Shown: in pieces, positions 1-9,018 of the stretch
How the letters are laid out: each line of letters starts with the position of its first letter
Position numbering within the stretch: the first letter of the stretch is position 1
Assembly (NCBI GenBank): GCA_964542795.1
Contig: CAZIUX010000001.1
Location: 1 to 29,285, forward strand
Length of the DNA stretch: 29,285 nucleotides
Source: an uncultured Muribaculaceae bacterium
GTDB lineage: Bacteria > Bacillota_I > Bacilli_A > RF39 > UBA660
Direction of reading: 5' to 3'
Notes under the pieces: model-generated
The model's input: the letters and a program-made list of their open reading frames with translations, nothing else
Databases searched by the model: none
Told to the model about the DNA's origin: nothing
Position numbers and translations under genes: made by a program

Positions 1-96
1 ATTAGGTTCAACTTCAACAACAGTAACTGGAATTAGTTTGCCGTCTTTCGCAAAGACTTGAGTCATCCCAACTTTGCGACCTAAGATTCCTTTCAT
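1..96 (-). CDS. rplC: 50S ribosomal protein L3, N-terminal 32 codons (runs off the window)
   Basis: Manual translation from ATG at 96: [34 protein letters not shown] (TAGGAGG) just upstream; follows rpsJ. Confidence 0.97.
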   Translation of the reverse strand, partial: MKGILGRKVGMTQVFAKDGKLIPVTVVEVEPN

Positions 97-110
97 TTTA
101 TTTCCTCCTA

Positions 111-419
111 TTATAATTTGATTTCGATGTCTACGCCACTTGGTAAATCTAAGTGTGTTAAAGCATCAATTGTTTCTTTACTTGGATTTTTAACATCAAT
201 TAATCTCTTATGAGTACGCATTTCAAATTGTTCTCTTGAGTCTTTATATTTATGAACAGCTTTAAGTACTGTAAACTTTTCTACTTCTGTTGGAAGTGGA
301 ATAGGTCCAGAAACTTCTCCGCCAATTCTTTTGATAGTATCAACAATTTTTCCTGCTGCTTGATCTAATGATCTGTGATCATAAGCTTTTAGTCTGATTC
401 TAACTTTTTGATTTGACAT
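111..419 (-). CDS. rpsJ: 30S ribosomal protein S10
   Basis: 102 aa, with [20 protein letters not shown] and [14 protein letters not shown]; first gene of the S10 operon. Confidence 0.99.
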   Translation of the reverse strand: MSNQKVRIRLKAYDHRSLDQAAGKIVDTIKRIGGEVSGPIPLPTEVEKFTVLKAVHKYKDSREQFEMRTHKRLIDVKNPSKETIDALTHLDLPSGVDIEIKL

Positions 420-545
420 TACTTATCCTCCCTTCGTCTATATCTGGTATAGACTTGCTCCGTAACGAATTACCTGATTTTAGTTTAAGTATCTAACAAC
501 TTAACCTAGTGTATCAGCAACCTCGCACATCTAAGCAGTTATACA
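420..545 (-). ncRNA. Structured 5' leader of the S10 (rpsJ) operon
   Basis: Minus strand carries GATGTGCGAGGTTGCTGATACAC (531-509), resembling the recalled Firmicute rpsJ leader. Hairpin GTCTATA-N5-TATAGAC (436-454) sits immediately before the SD GGGAGG. Confidence 0.6.
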
Positions 546-551
546 AGTGAA

Positions 552-581
552 AGTATATCACATTAATATGCTAAAAATCAA
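552..581 (-). promoter_or_regulatory. Putative sigmaA promoter of the S10 operon
   Basis: TTGATT (581-576), 18 nt spacer, TATACT (557-552) with an extended -10 TG. Confidence 0.65.
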
Positions 582-642
582 GTCCTAAAACGATTTATTT
601 AAAAATAAAAAATTAATCTTTTAAAATTAATTTTTATATTGT

Positions 643-1188
643 TTATTTTGTTTTTTGAATACTTTGTTCTAATTCTAAATAGTCAGACATTATCATAGGA
701 ACTAAATCTGGATCAGTTAAAATTTGTCCTTGATATTCATCCATAGAATTATTTAAAAATTTATTTGATTTGTAGTCATAAGCAAATTTTTCTCTACCCA
801 TTCTTATGGTATCAGTCAGTACTTTTCCATCATCAGTTATATGAGTGCCTCTTCCAAAGTTATGTTCTAAATCTTCTAAGCTTTTCGCAGTTCGAGGAAT
901 ATCATATGACCAAAACATTGTCCTTATATCTTCACCACATTCGATAAGCATACGCAACATTCTACCTTGATTATCATAAATAGTTTCTACTCGATAATTT
1001 TCTTCAGGATTTGATTTAGAGATAGAAGTTAAAAAACTTCCTTTCCAAATATTTGGTACCTTATCAAAAATATCTCTTCGTGCACTCCCTATATAATTTC
1101 CCATGTCTAAAAGTTTATACTCATAAACATATTTTTCATCTTCCATTTGAAATGTTTTTTCTTTTTTTGTTTCATATAATAATTGCAT
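643..1188 (-). CDS. Hypothetical soluble protein (181 aa)
   Basis: ORF fills the gpmI-rpsJ gap. No recognisable motif and no TM segment. Confidence 0.75.
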   Translation of the reverse strand: MQLLYETKKEKTFQMEDEKYVYEYKLLDMGNYIGSARRDIFDKVPNIWKGSFLTSISKSNPEENYRVETIYDNQGRMLRMLIECGEDIRTMFWSYDIPRTAKSLEDLEHNFGRGTHITDDGKVLTDTIRMGREKFAYDYKSNKFLNNSMDEYQGQILTDPDLVPMIMSDYLELEQSIQKTK

Positions 1189-1270
1189 AATTTTCTCCTT
1201 CTTGTTTTATAAACCTTATCATTATATCATTTTAAATTAATTATTTAAATCTTTTTCAAGAAGAAATAAT

Positions 1271-2782
1271 TTATTCTCTTTCAAATAATATTTTTGAATT
1301 TTTCATTTCTTGAGGAATCGCTATATCCATATAACTTAGAATAGTAGGAGCTACATCGGCAAGTGTTCCATTTTTTAATTTTATATCGTTGTCTGTTATT
1401 AAAAATGGTACAAGACTTAAAGAATGAGTTGTAACTGGGTTGCCTTCTTCATCTAACATTAAATCAGCATTTCCATGATCTGATAATAAAACCATCTTAT
1501 AAAAATTATTTTCTACCCCTTCAATTAATTCTCCTAAACAGGAATCTAGTACTTCTAAACCTTTTATTGTTGCATCAATAATTCCCGTATGGCCAACCAT
1601 ATCCGGATTAGCATAGTTAACTAATATAAAATCATAATCTTTTTCCATACAAGTTAAAACTTGTTTTGTAATATCTTTTGCTCTCATTGCTGGTTCAAGA
1701 TCGTAAGTCGCTACTTTTGGAGAAGGAAGCAAAAAGTAATCTGCTCCAGGTAGTTTTTGATCTAGTCCGCCATCAAAATAATAAGTAACATGGGCATACT
1801 TTTCTGTTTCAGCTATTCTTGCTTGAGTCATTTCCAAATCAGATAAATATCTTCCTAAAGATAAGCCACCTTCTGATATATCTTCAAATATGTTTTCGCA
1901 CTTAACACTTTCGGCTGTTGGAAACATACTTATTGTTTTTAAATTTTCAAATTGAACAGTTGGAAATTGATCAAATTCATGATTAGTTAATGCTGTTAAT
2001 ATTTGAATTGCACGATCAGGTCTAAAATTTAACCAGAATAAACCGTCGTTGTCTTTAATTGTACCTTCTTCATCAAGTAAATATGGGGGAATAAATTCAT
2101 CAAATATTTCCTTTTTGTAACAATAACTTAAACAACTTTCAAAATCAGAATTTTTTAATCCTCTTCCATGTACCACCATATCATAATACATTTTTGTTCT
2201 TTCATATTTCTTGTCTCGATCCATAGCATAATATCTGCCACATACTGAAACGATTTTTCCTAATCCAGATTCTTTTAATAAGGAATCTATTTCCCTTAAA
2301 TATTCAATTCCTGAATCAACTTTTGTATCTCTTCCATCAGTAATTGCATGAAAGCATATTTTACTAACTTCTTTTAATTTAAGTATTTTTATTATTTTGA
2401 CAAAATATTCAATATGTGAGTGAACTCCTCCATCAGAAACAAGTCCCATTAAATGAAGTGTACTATTATTTTGTTTTACATGATGAATAACACTATTAAA
2501 TATTGGATCTTTTTCAAAGTCATCACTATTTAGTGAATCATTTATAACATTGATTTTTGATTTTATTACTCTTCCTGAGCCGATAGTCATGTGACCAATT
2601 TCACTATTACCAAATTGACCTTTTGGAAGACCAACTGCCTCTTCAGAAGCATTTAATAAACTATGAGGATATTCACTCATTAATTTATTAAAGTTTGGCA
2701 TATTAGCCATTTTAATAGCATTTCCAACTTCTGTGTCTCTCATTCCAAAACCATCTAGTATGACTGTTAATACTTTTTTCAT
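1271..2782 (-). CDS. gpmI: 2,3-bisphosphoglycerate-independent phosphoglycerate mutase
   Basis: Motifs ILDGFG, GNSEIGH (catalytic Ser), SDGGVHSH, GRYYAMDRD, AETEKYAHVT, NYANPDMVGHTG, SDHGNA and TTHS; 503 aa. Confidence 0.98.
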   Translation of the reverse strand: MKKVLTVILDGFGMRDTEVGNAIKMANMPNFNKLMSEYPHSLLNASEEAVGLPKGQFGNSEIGHMTIGSGRVIKSKINVINDSLNSDDFEKDPIFNSVIHHVKQNNSTLHLMGLVSDGGVHSHIEYFVKIIKILKLKEVSKICFHAITDGRDTKVDSGIEYLREIDSLLKESGLGKIVSVCGRYYAMDRDKKYERTKMYYDMVVHGRGLKNSDFESCLSYCYKKEIFDEFIPPYLLDEEGTIKDNDGLFWLNFRPDRAIQILTALTNHEFDQFPTVQFENLKTISMFPTAESVKCENIFEDISEGGLSLGRYLSDLEMTQARIAETEKYAHVTYYFDGGLDQKLPGADYFLLPSPKVATYDLEPAMRAKDITKQVLTCMEKDYDFILVNYANPDMVGHTGIIDATIKGLEVLDSCLGELIEGVENNFYKMVLLSDHGNADLMLDEEGNPVTTHSLSLVPFLITDNDIKLKNGTLADVAPTILSYMDIAIPQEMKNSKILFERE

Positions 2783-2848
2783 TTTATCACCTATAAATAT
2801 AATATCACGATTATTTGAAAGTACAAAAGTAATTCTTTTAAGAAATAA

Positions 2849-2876
2849 AATAAAACAGTCATATGACTGTTTTATT
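2849..2876 (-). terminator. Intrinsic terminator after the A2M-like gene
   Basis: Perfect 28-bp palindrome AATAAAACAGTC-ATAT-GACTGTTTTATT overlapping the stop codon, followed by a T-rich run on the minus strand. Confidence 0.75.
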
Positions 2877-5800
2877 CTTTAATTTGAATGTTGATTGATT
2901 TAGATACACCGTATAAACCATTGTTTTCGTAAACAACAGGTTCAAATACATAATTTCCTGGATTTTTTGTTAAAAAGTTTATTTTTACTGATTTAGAAGT
3001 ATCGCGATATGAGCATACAATAAATTGCATATTTATAGAATCATTTTTAATCAAATATATTTCTGAAAATTTTTCTTTTTCTGTTCCATAATATCTTAAT
3101 CCGTTAGGAACAGCAATATTCAAGGTTCCACAGCTATCTTTTTCTAAATTTTGCATGTTTACTAGCAAAGAATATTCATTGTTTAAACTCATATTACTAT
3201 CTATTCTAGAATCAACCTTATATACAATTTGTTCTTTATATAACTCCGATGGCGATCCAGTATATATTACTTCTGCTATGATTGAATTACTATCAGTTTT
3301 AAAGACAATATTTTTTAAGTCATCTTTACTCAATTCAATTTCTTTTGCTGACAATTTATTTAATGTGATTTTTTTATCATTTACATAAACAATATTATCT
3401 TTTTCTAAATATGGCATAGAATTATTTAAATAAGAAATGATCGCAAAATTACGATATTCATTGCTCGATTTAAGAATTGATTCAATCATACCTTTAGCTG
3501 AGTCAGGATCTATTAACGTATTTAATAAAGTTAATAATTCATAATTGTTGTTTGTTTTTTTAACACTACTCAATTCATTTTTATAAATTGATCTTGCTGT
3601 GCTATAATCTCCTAAAAATGCATATGACAATGCATAAATAATTGATTCATAATAATTTCTCTCATTGTTTTTTAAAATACTTAATTCACCCATGATTGGT
3701 TCTTTATTGCTCGCTAAAAATAATAATGCTTCGTATAGTCTTGTTTGTGCTATGTTTTCTTTACTCATTTCATAATAAGCTAAATATACAGCTCGATCAA
3801 GCCATTCTTTTTGGTATAAGTCTTTAGCATATTTATTTGTTAATGCAGATAAAACATATGATTTTTCGGAAGCTGGCAATAATTTTAGTAATCCATCTTG
3901 AAATGATTCTGGTATACTCACTTCAATTTGATTATCCTCTAGATATATTTTGTTTAAAATTTCATTCGCTGAATATCTTCCTACAAACTGATCAAGTCTT
4001 TGATAATAAGAATATTTTAAGGCGCCTATTAATCTTATATAATATTTTAATGATGAGTCAGACAATAGTAGCCTTACACTATCTTTGTTGGCATTAATAC
4101 TAATTTTATTATTATTTTTAATTTCATATTCTTTCACTATTTTTACTTTTTGATAATTATCTTTTATTTCAAAATCATATTCAACACCATCTGAATTTTT
4201 TTCGTTCGAAGCAATAACTCCAATTTTGTATTTTCCTATATTCATTTTTGGCATCTTGTAATAAGTGTATGATCCAGTTTTGCCTTCTGTTTTTCCAACT
4301 TCTTTTCCATTTAAATAATATTGATATAAGACATTTTCTTGATTAATACTTGTTGATTTAGCCGGAATAACAAAATCATCAGAAGGTTTAACGCCACTCA
4401 TTGTCGATGTTTCGACAAAAAAATCTAACTTCGAACTTATTTTTATATTAGTATTTCCTGAGTATAATTCCGGATTTGCAGATATTGCAGTTATTCTGAA
4501 TGTTGTTAATGAATCATTAAGCTTGAATTTTATTTTTGCTTTTCCATTTTTATCTGTTTTTATATTTTGAAAAATAATCGTATCCCCAAAATCGTTTCTG
4601 TATTCTCCGTCGTCAGCTCCTTCACCACCATCGCCATTTGATGAATACGGTAATAGTTGATGACTACTTACTTGATAAAACGGCAAATATTTGTCATAAA
4701 ATAATCTATTATTAATATCAATTTCATCATCTTCTAATTGAAATACTGCTTCATCGACAACACTTATTAAAACGTCTGATTCAATTCTATTTCCATTTTT
4801 ATCTTTAACTTCTATATTTAAACTCACTTCATCTTTTGGTTTATAAGTGCTTTTATCAGTTTTAAGAATAATTTCTGTTTTTCGATCATTTTCATTAAAA
4901 TCTAAGTATTGTGACTCTGCCATAATTATTTTTTCACCATCAAAATATGCACCTACAATATTTGTGCCTGGAAAAAAAGTATTAGTAAATGTTTTTTCGT
5001 TAGAATTCAGTGAATAATCAATTATTTTCTCTTTATAAAAGTAACTTAAATACAATTTATCTTTTATATCTTTTTTTTCATAGTCTTTCATTGTTGTATT
5101 AATCGTTTCATCAATGCTATATTTCATTTTTAAATTAGGATAATATGCACATAAATTTAATGAACTATTGTATGAAGAATTACCATTTATGTTATAAGAG
5201 AAATTTAGTTCACTGCCTTCATAATAGAGGTTATGCCAATAATCATTTCCTTTGTAAGGGTTATTTGAATCACTTAAATATAAAGTAGAATCAGGAGTTG
5301 TACCAAAACTTGAGTTAGCTGAAAGAGTAAATTCATAAGTTATTAATTGATTGTCATTATCAACGGTCTCATATTTTAAATTTTCAATTATTGCTTTTCC
5401 AGCATTTGTTTTAACCGAAATAATATCCCCGTCTATATTTTCACAAGTATCAATAACGCGATATTTTACTACAGTTTTATAGTAGGGATTATAATATTCA
5501 TAGTCTTTTTTACTACATACTTTTTTTCTTACGGATATCTTTACATTTGAATCAAAAGGATAAATTTCATAGCTATCTCCCTTTGAAATATCTATTTTAT
5601 TCGTTTCGATTTCAAGATAATATTTATCGTTTTTATCAAATTTAATGTTTCCATCTACAACAATGTCTTTAGATAATATTTTAATAGTTTTGAATTTTAA
5701 TCCATTATAATCTTGATAATCTTTAGAATATAATTCAATTTCACTATAATCAAATATACCATAAGTATTATATGAATTAGCTATCAAATTTAATGCGCAT

Positions 5801-7587
5801 AGCCCACTTAAATCTGTTATGCAATTATACTTTTCGCCTTCATATTCAACAACTAATTCCTTTTGTGCTGCAGGTATTCCACTCATGTGTTTCGCGACTA
5901 CTTGAACCTTAATTTCTTCACCAATATTATAATAATTTTTATTTGTAATAATTTCGTATATATATTTTGGTTTTTCATACTCCACAACATCAAAATATTT
6001 ATAGGCAATATTAATTTTATCGTATTTAAGTCTAACTGTACCATAATCTGATAACTCACTGAAATTAATTTTTGTTGTAAAAATTCCAGAGCTATTTAAT
6101 TTAATGTCATATTCTTTTTCTTCAAAAATTAATTTTAATTTACTATTATCAAAGCCATCTATAAATAATTCTTTGGGAACAAAACCCCAAATATTAATTG
6201 TATCTGTCTCCTTATAAAGTGGTTTGTCAGTATAAATATATGCATCATAATAATTATCTTGTTCAAATGTTTCTGTTTTTACAACTAACGTTTCTTCTTT
6301 ATACGATATAGTCAAATGTTTTTTATTGTTTTCTAAATTATTGATATTTGAAATAACTGCTAATCCATCTTTATCAGTTTCGATTTCTTTTCCAGCATAG
6401 TTAACTACGGCACCTTGAAGAGGAACATTGTTTTGTTTATCAATCGTCCAAACTAAAACGTCTCTTTCAGTCATTCCAGTATATGCAACAATGTTTGAAA
6501 CTTGAATTAGTTGGTTTATTTTTGGATTATCACCAATTTTATAAGAGGCAACATAATGTCCTATTGGTAAAACTTCAGGAAAAAGTATTTTTACAATTCC
6601 ATTTTGATGATCAAGCAGTTCAGTATTAAAATTTTTATATAAAGTTAAATTATCTACATTAATTTCATAATAAACATTACTTAATGAAACATATTCATTG
6701 AAACTATTTAATTTATATAGTTTTACTTCTACTTTTTCTTTTTTATAATAACTTTCTCCGTTATACCAATAATAATGATTATATACAAAGGGAACTTCTG
6801 GAATTTCATCATCCGAAAAAGTTAAACTATTATCAATATTTAAAGAAGATAGATAATAAGCATTATCATCATAAACTACGACATCGCCCGTAGTAAAGCT
6901 AAATATAAAATCTTTTTCTAAAGATTCTTCTTCGTTACTTAACTCTTTTTTTATTTTCATTGTATACACTGTGTTATATGATAATTTTTCTTTGGGTTTA
7001 AAAGTAAAAAGGCCATTATTATTTTCCCATTTCCCTGGGACGTCAAAATCAACAAAATTTTCAAAATCAATTACATCATCATGAGACAGACTAACTTGAA
7101 TTACAGTTTTGACAGATACATCTTTTGATTCGTTAGCAGGATAAGTTCTTAATACTGACAGTTTTTTTTCAGTTTGAAATGCCCATCTATTAAGAGTATT
7201 CCCTTCACGAACTGAATCTATCGAAACAATCGAATTTTCTGGAAGATTGTTTTTCGGAATTAATAAATAATTACTAGCACTTTCTTTCTTAATTGTATAT
7301 TCAATAGCGGGGCTAATAGCCAAATAATTTATTAATTCATTTTCACTAACATCTTTATTTGTTTTTATAGAAAATTTACTTTCAGTCTCAAGAAATTCAT
7401 CAATGCTGGTTGGCACGACTGATTCAATTATTCCTAAATCATTTTTAAACGCAATATAATTTTTAGTCGGTTTCTTAGTATCATAGTCAATTACTAATAA
7501 AGCAGCTATTAGGACTAGGGAAACTATTATTATAACATTCTTGTTATTTGTAACAAATCCTTTAAAATTATTGATTATATCTTTCAC
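2872..7587 (-). CDS. Membrane-anchored bacterial alpha-2-macroglobulin-like protein with N-terminal Ig-like (Big_5/SbsA-type) domains
   Basis: GTG start and N-terminal TM. Big_5-like segment (RTYP...FTFKPKEKLSYNTVYT...FSFTT). MG-domain motifs YTDKPLY, EYEKPKY and KTDKSTYKP...SVVDEAVF. A2M-domain motif GDGGEG...RNDFGDT...TDKNG...DSLTTFRITA. No CxEQ motif. Confidence 0.88.
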   Translation of the reverse strand: MKDIINNFKGFVTNNKNVIIIVSLVLIAALLVIDYDTKKPTKNYIAFKNDLGIIESVVPTSIDEFLETESKFSIKTNKDVSENELINYLAISPAIEYTIKKESASNYLLIPKNNLPENSIVSIDSVREGNTLNRWAFQTEKKLSVLRTYPANESKDVSVKTVIQVSLSHDDVIDFENFVDFDVPGKWENNNGLFTFKPKEKLSYNTVYTMKIKKELSNEEESLEKDFIFSFTTGDVVVYDDNAYYLSSLNIDNSLTFSDDEIPEVPFVYNHYYWYNGESYYKKEKVEVKLYKLNSFNEYVSLSNVYYEINVDNLTLYKNFNTELLDHQNGIVKILFPEVLPIGHYVASYKIGDNPKINQLIQVSNIVAYTGMTERDVLVWTIDKQNNVPLQGAVVNYAGKEIETDKDGLAVISNINNLENNKKHLTISYKEETLVVKTETFEQDNYYDAYIYTDKPLYKETDTINIWGFVPKELFIDGFDNSKLKLIFEEKEYDIKLNSSGIFTTKINFSELSDYGTVRLKYDKINIAYKYFDVVEYEKPKYIYEIITNKNYYNIGEEIKVQVVAKHMSGIPAAQKELVVEYEGEKYNCITDLSGLCALNLIANSYNTYGIFDYSEIELYSKDYQDYNGLKFKTIKILSKDIVVDGNIKFDKNDKYYLEIETNKIDISKGDSYEIYPFDSNVKISVRKKVCSKKDYEYYNPYYKTVVKYRVIDTCENIDGDIISVKTNAGKAIIENLKYETVDNDNQLITYEFTLSANSSFGTTPDSTLYLSDSNNPYKGNDYWHNLYYEGSELNFSYNINGNSSYNSSLNLCAYYPNLKMKYSIDETINTTMKDYEKKDIKDKLYLSYFYKEKIIDYSLNSNEKTFTNTFFPGTNIVGAYFDGEKIIMAESQYLDFNENDRKTEIILKTDKSTYKPKDEVSLNIEVKDKNGNRIESDVLISVVDEAVFQLEDDEIDINNRLFYDKYLPFYQVSSHQLLPYSSNGDGGEGADDGEYRNDFGDTIIFQNIKTDKNGKAKIKFKLNDSLTTFRITAISANPELYSGNTNIKISSKLDFFVETSTMSGVKPSDDFVIPAKSTSINQENVLYQYYLNGKEVGKTEGKTGSYTYYKMPKMNIGKYKIGVIASNEKNSDGVEYDFEIKDNYQKVKIVKEYEIKNNNKISINANKDSVRLLLSDSSLKYYIRLIGALKYSYYQRLDQFVGRYSANEILNKIYLEDNQIEVSIPESFQDGLLKLLPASEKSYVLSALTNKYAKDLYQKEWLDRAVYLAYYEMSKENIAQTRLYEALLFLASNKEPIMGELSILKNNERNYYESIIYALSYAFLGDYSTARSIYKNELSSVKKTNNNYELLTLLNTLIDPDSAKGMIESILKSSNEYRNFAIISYLNNSMPYLEKDNIVYVNDKKITLNKLSAKEIELSKDDLKNIVFKTDSNSIIAEVIYTGSPSELYKEQIVYKVDSRIDSNMSLNNEYSLLVNMQNLEKDSCGTLNIAVPNGLRYYGTEKEKFSEIYLIKNDSINMQFIVCSYRDTSKSVKINFLTKNPGNYVFEPVVYENNGLYGVSKSINIQIKE

Positions 7588-7610
7588 ACTAGCAACTCCA
7601 CTCTAAAATA

Positions 7611-7639
7611 ATTATAGTTTTTTTTCTATTAAAAGTAAA
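7611..7639 (-). promoter_or_regulatory. Putative sigmaA promoter of the A2M-like gene
   Basis: TTTACT (7639-7634), 17 nt spacer, TATAAT (7616-7611). Confidence 0.6.
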
Positions 7640-7663
7640 CAAATAATAAAATTAAATTAGCCA

Positions 7664-7686
7664 TAAAAAAAGTACCGTTAGGTACT
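7664..7686 (-). terminator. Intrinsic terminator after secG
   Basis: Minus strand AGTACC-TAAC-GGTACT followed by a T run. Confidence 0.75.
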
Positions 7687-7903
7687 AATTTACTAAAAAT
7701 AAGACTAAAGATATAACGAAGAATAATACTCCTAGTATCATTGTAATTCTACTAACTAATAAGTCAGCTCCACGTTCTTTTTGATTTTTAAATAATTCGT
7801 CATTACCACCAGTAATTATTTGACCACCATCAGTGGCTTTATTACTTTGAAGTAAAACGATCAAGATCATTAATACAGATACTATTAATAATAGAGTTTC
7901 CAT
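7685..7903 (-). CDS. secG: Preprotein translocase subunit SecG
   Basis: 72 aa, two TMs, with VLLQSNK...GG...ELFKNQKERGAD..VSRIT. Confidence 0.95.
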   Translation of the reverse strand: METLLLIVSVLMILIVLLQSNKATDGGQIITGGNDELFKNQKERGADLLVSRITMILGVLFFVISLVLFLVN

Positions 7904-7926
7904 AACATCCCTCTTTCACATTACAT

Positions 7927-7955
7927 AATCTATCATATTATTACTAATAAATCAA
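7927..7955 (-). promoter_or_regulatory. Putative sigmaA promoter of secG
   Basis: TTGATT (7955-7950), 17 nt spacer, TG-a-TAGATT (7932-7927). Confidence 0.55.
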
Positions 7956-7974
7956 ATAGATGTTAGTTAAGTAA

Positions 7975-9018
7975 TTATTTGTTTTTCATTATATAGATAT
8001 AAATCATATCAGATTTAACTATATAGAATGTAGCTTTATCATGTTCTTCAAATAACAATATTGGAAGCATAACACTGTCAGATAAGTTTAGCATCTCTTC
8101 AAAAGACGCTATTACAACGGGTTTTAGACCCTTGGTTTCAACCATATTCTTAGCTTCAATTATTATTTCATTATAATCATCTTTTATTTGATCTAATTCA
8201 TCAATAAATGGTTTTTTATCTTTTGACATCATTATTTGTTTAATTGTAATTAATATTAATAATATAGTAGTTATTGTAAGAATAATATAGGCAGTCAATT
8301 TTCTTTGCTCACGGTTAATCTTAACAATATCTTTAGAAGCAACTGATTTTTGTTCAACATTTTCTTTTAATGCATCAACATCAAATACAGACCCACCAAG
8401 AGGCATTCTTGCGATAACTGTTTGATTTTCATTTAATGAATATTTGCCATTTCCACCGTTAAATTTAACTTCTAATTTAACTTCTAGATATGCTACTGTA
8501 GGTAATGATAAAGCCATTTTAAAATTTTCAATTTCTTGATTATAAGTTTTCCAATCTAGATTAAATGTTTCACTAACATTAAATGTACTACTTGTTTGAT
8601 ATTTTTTATATTGTTCATCAATTAATACATATTCTTTTTTCCACATAATCGGATTATTTTCGGGATCATTTGGGGTTTCATTATATTGTCCATAAATAGT
8701 CGCGGTTACTTTATGTCTTTCTTCAAGATTTATTTTTTCACTTCCAGAATATTTATAATTCATAGTCATATCAATGTCATTTACTAAATTACTAATATAT
8801 GTTTCATAGCTTTTTAAATCACTAGATTTAATAAAATCATTTTCTGAAATATTGATCGTGTAGTTAACAGCACTTGAATTTGTATATATCAAATTATTTT
8901 TAGTGCTTTTTGAGTCGTCAATAATTTTTAAGACATGATAAGCATTACTTAAAAAAACAAGTATAAAAACAAATAACAATGATATATATAGTCTACGTCT
9001 AGTTTTAACACTCTTCAT
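7975..9018 (-). CDS. DUF5305-like two-TM membrane protein
   Basis: Architecture is N-terminal TM, ~200 aa extracellular domain, second TM, then a cytoplasmic tail (VVIASFEEMLNLSDSVMLPILLFEE...IYIY) resembling DUF5305. Starts in a TAATG overlap with the signal peptidase gene. Confidence 0.7.
   Translation of the reverse strand: MKSVKTRRRLYISLLFVFILVFLSNAYHVLKIIDDSKSTKNNLIYTNSSAVNYTINISENDFIKSSDLKSYETYISNLVNDIDMTMNYKYSGSEKINLEERHKVTATIYGQYNETPNDPENNPIMWKKEYVLIDEQYKKYQTSSTFNVSETFNLDWKTYNQEIENFKMALSLPTVAYLEVKLEVKFNGGNGKYSLNENQTVIARMPLGGSVFDVDALKENVEQKSVASKDIVKINREQRKLTAYIILTITTILLILITIKQIMMSKDKKPFIDELDQIKDDYNEIIIEAKNMVETKGLKPVVIASFEEMLNLSDSVMLPILLFEEHDKATFYIVKSDMIYIYIMKNK

Noticed and set aside
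7618-7625. T8 run in the A2M promoter spacer as a phase-variation tract
   Set aside because: Runs of this length are abundant in this AT-rich window, and known phase-variable tracts are much longer.
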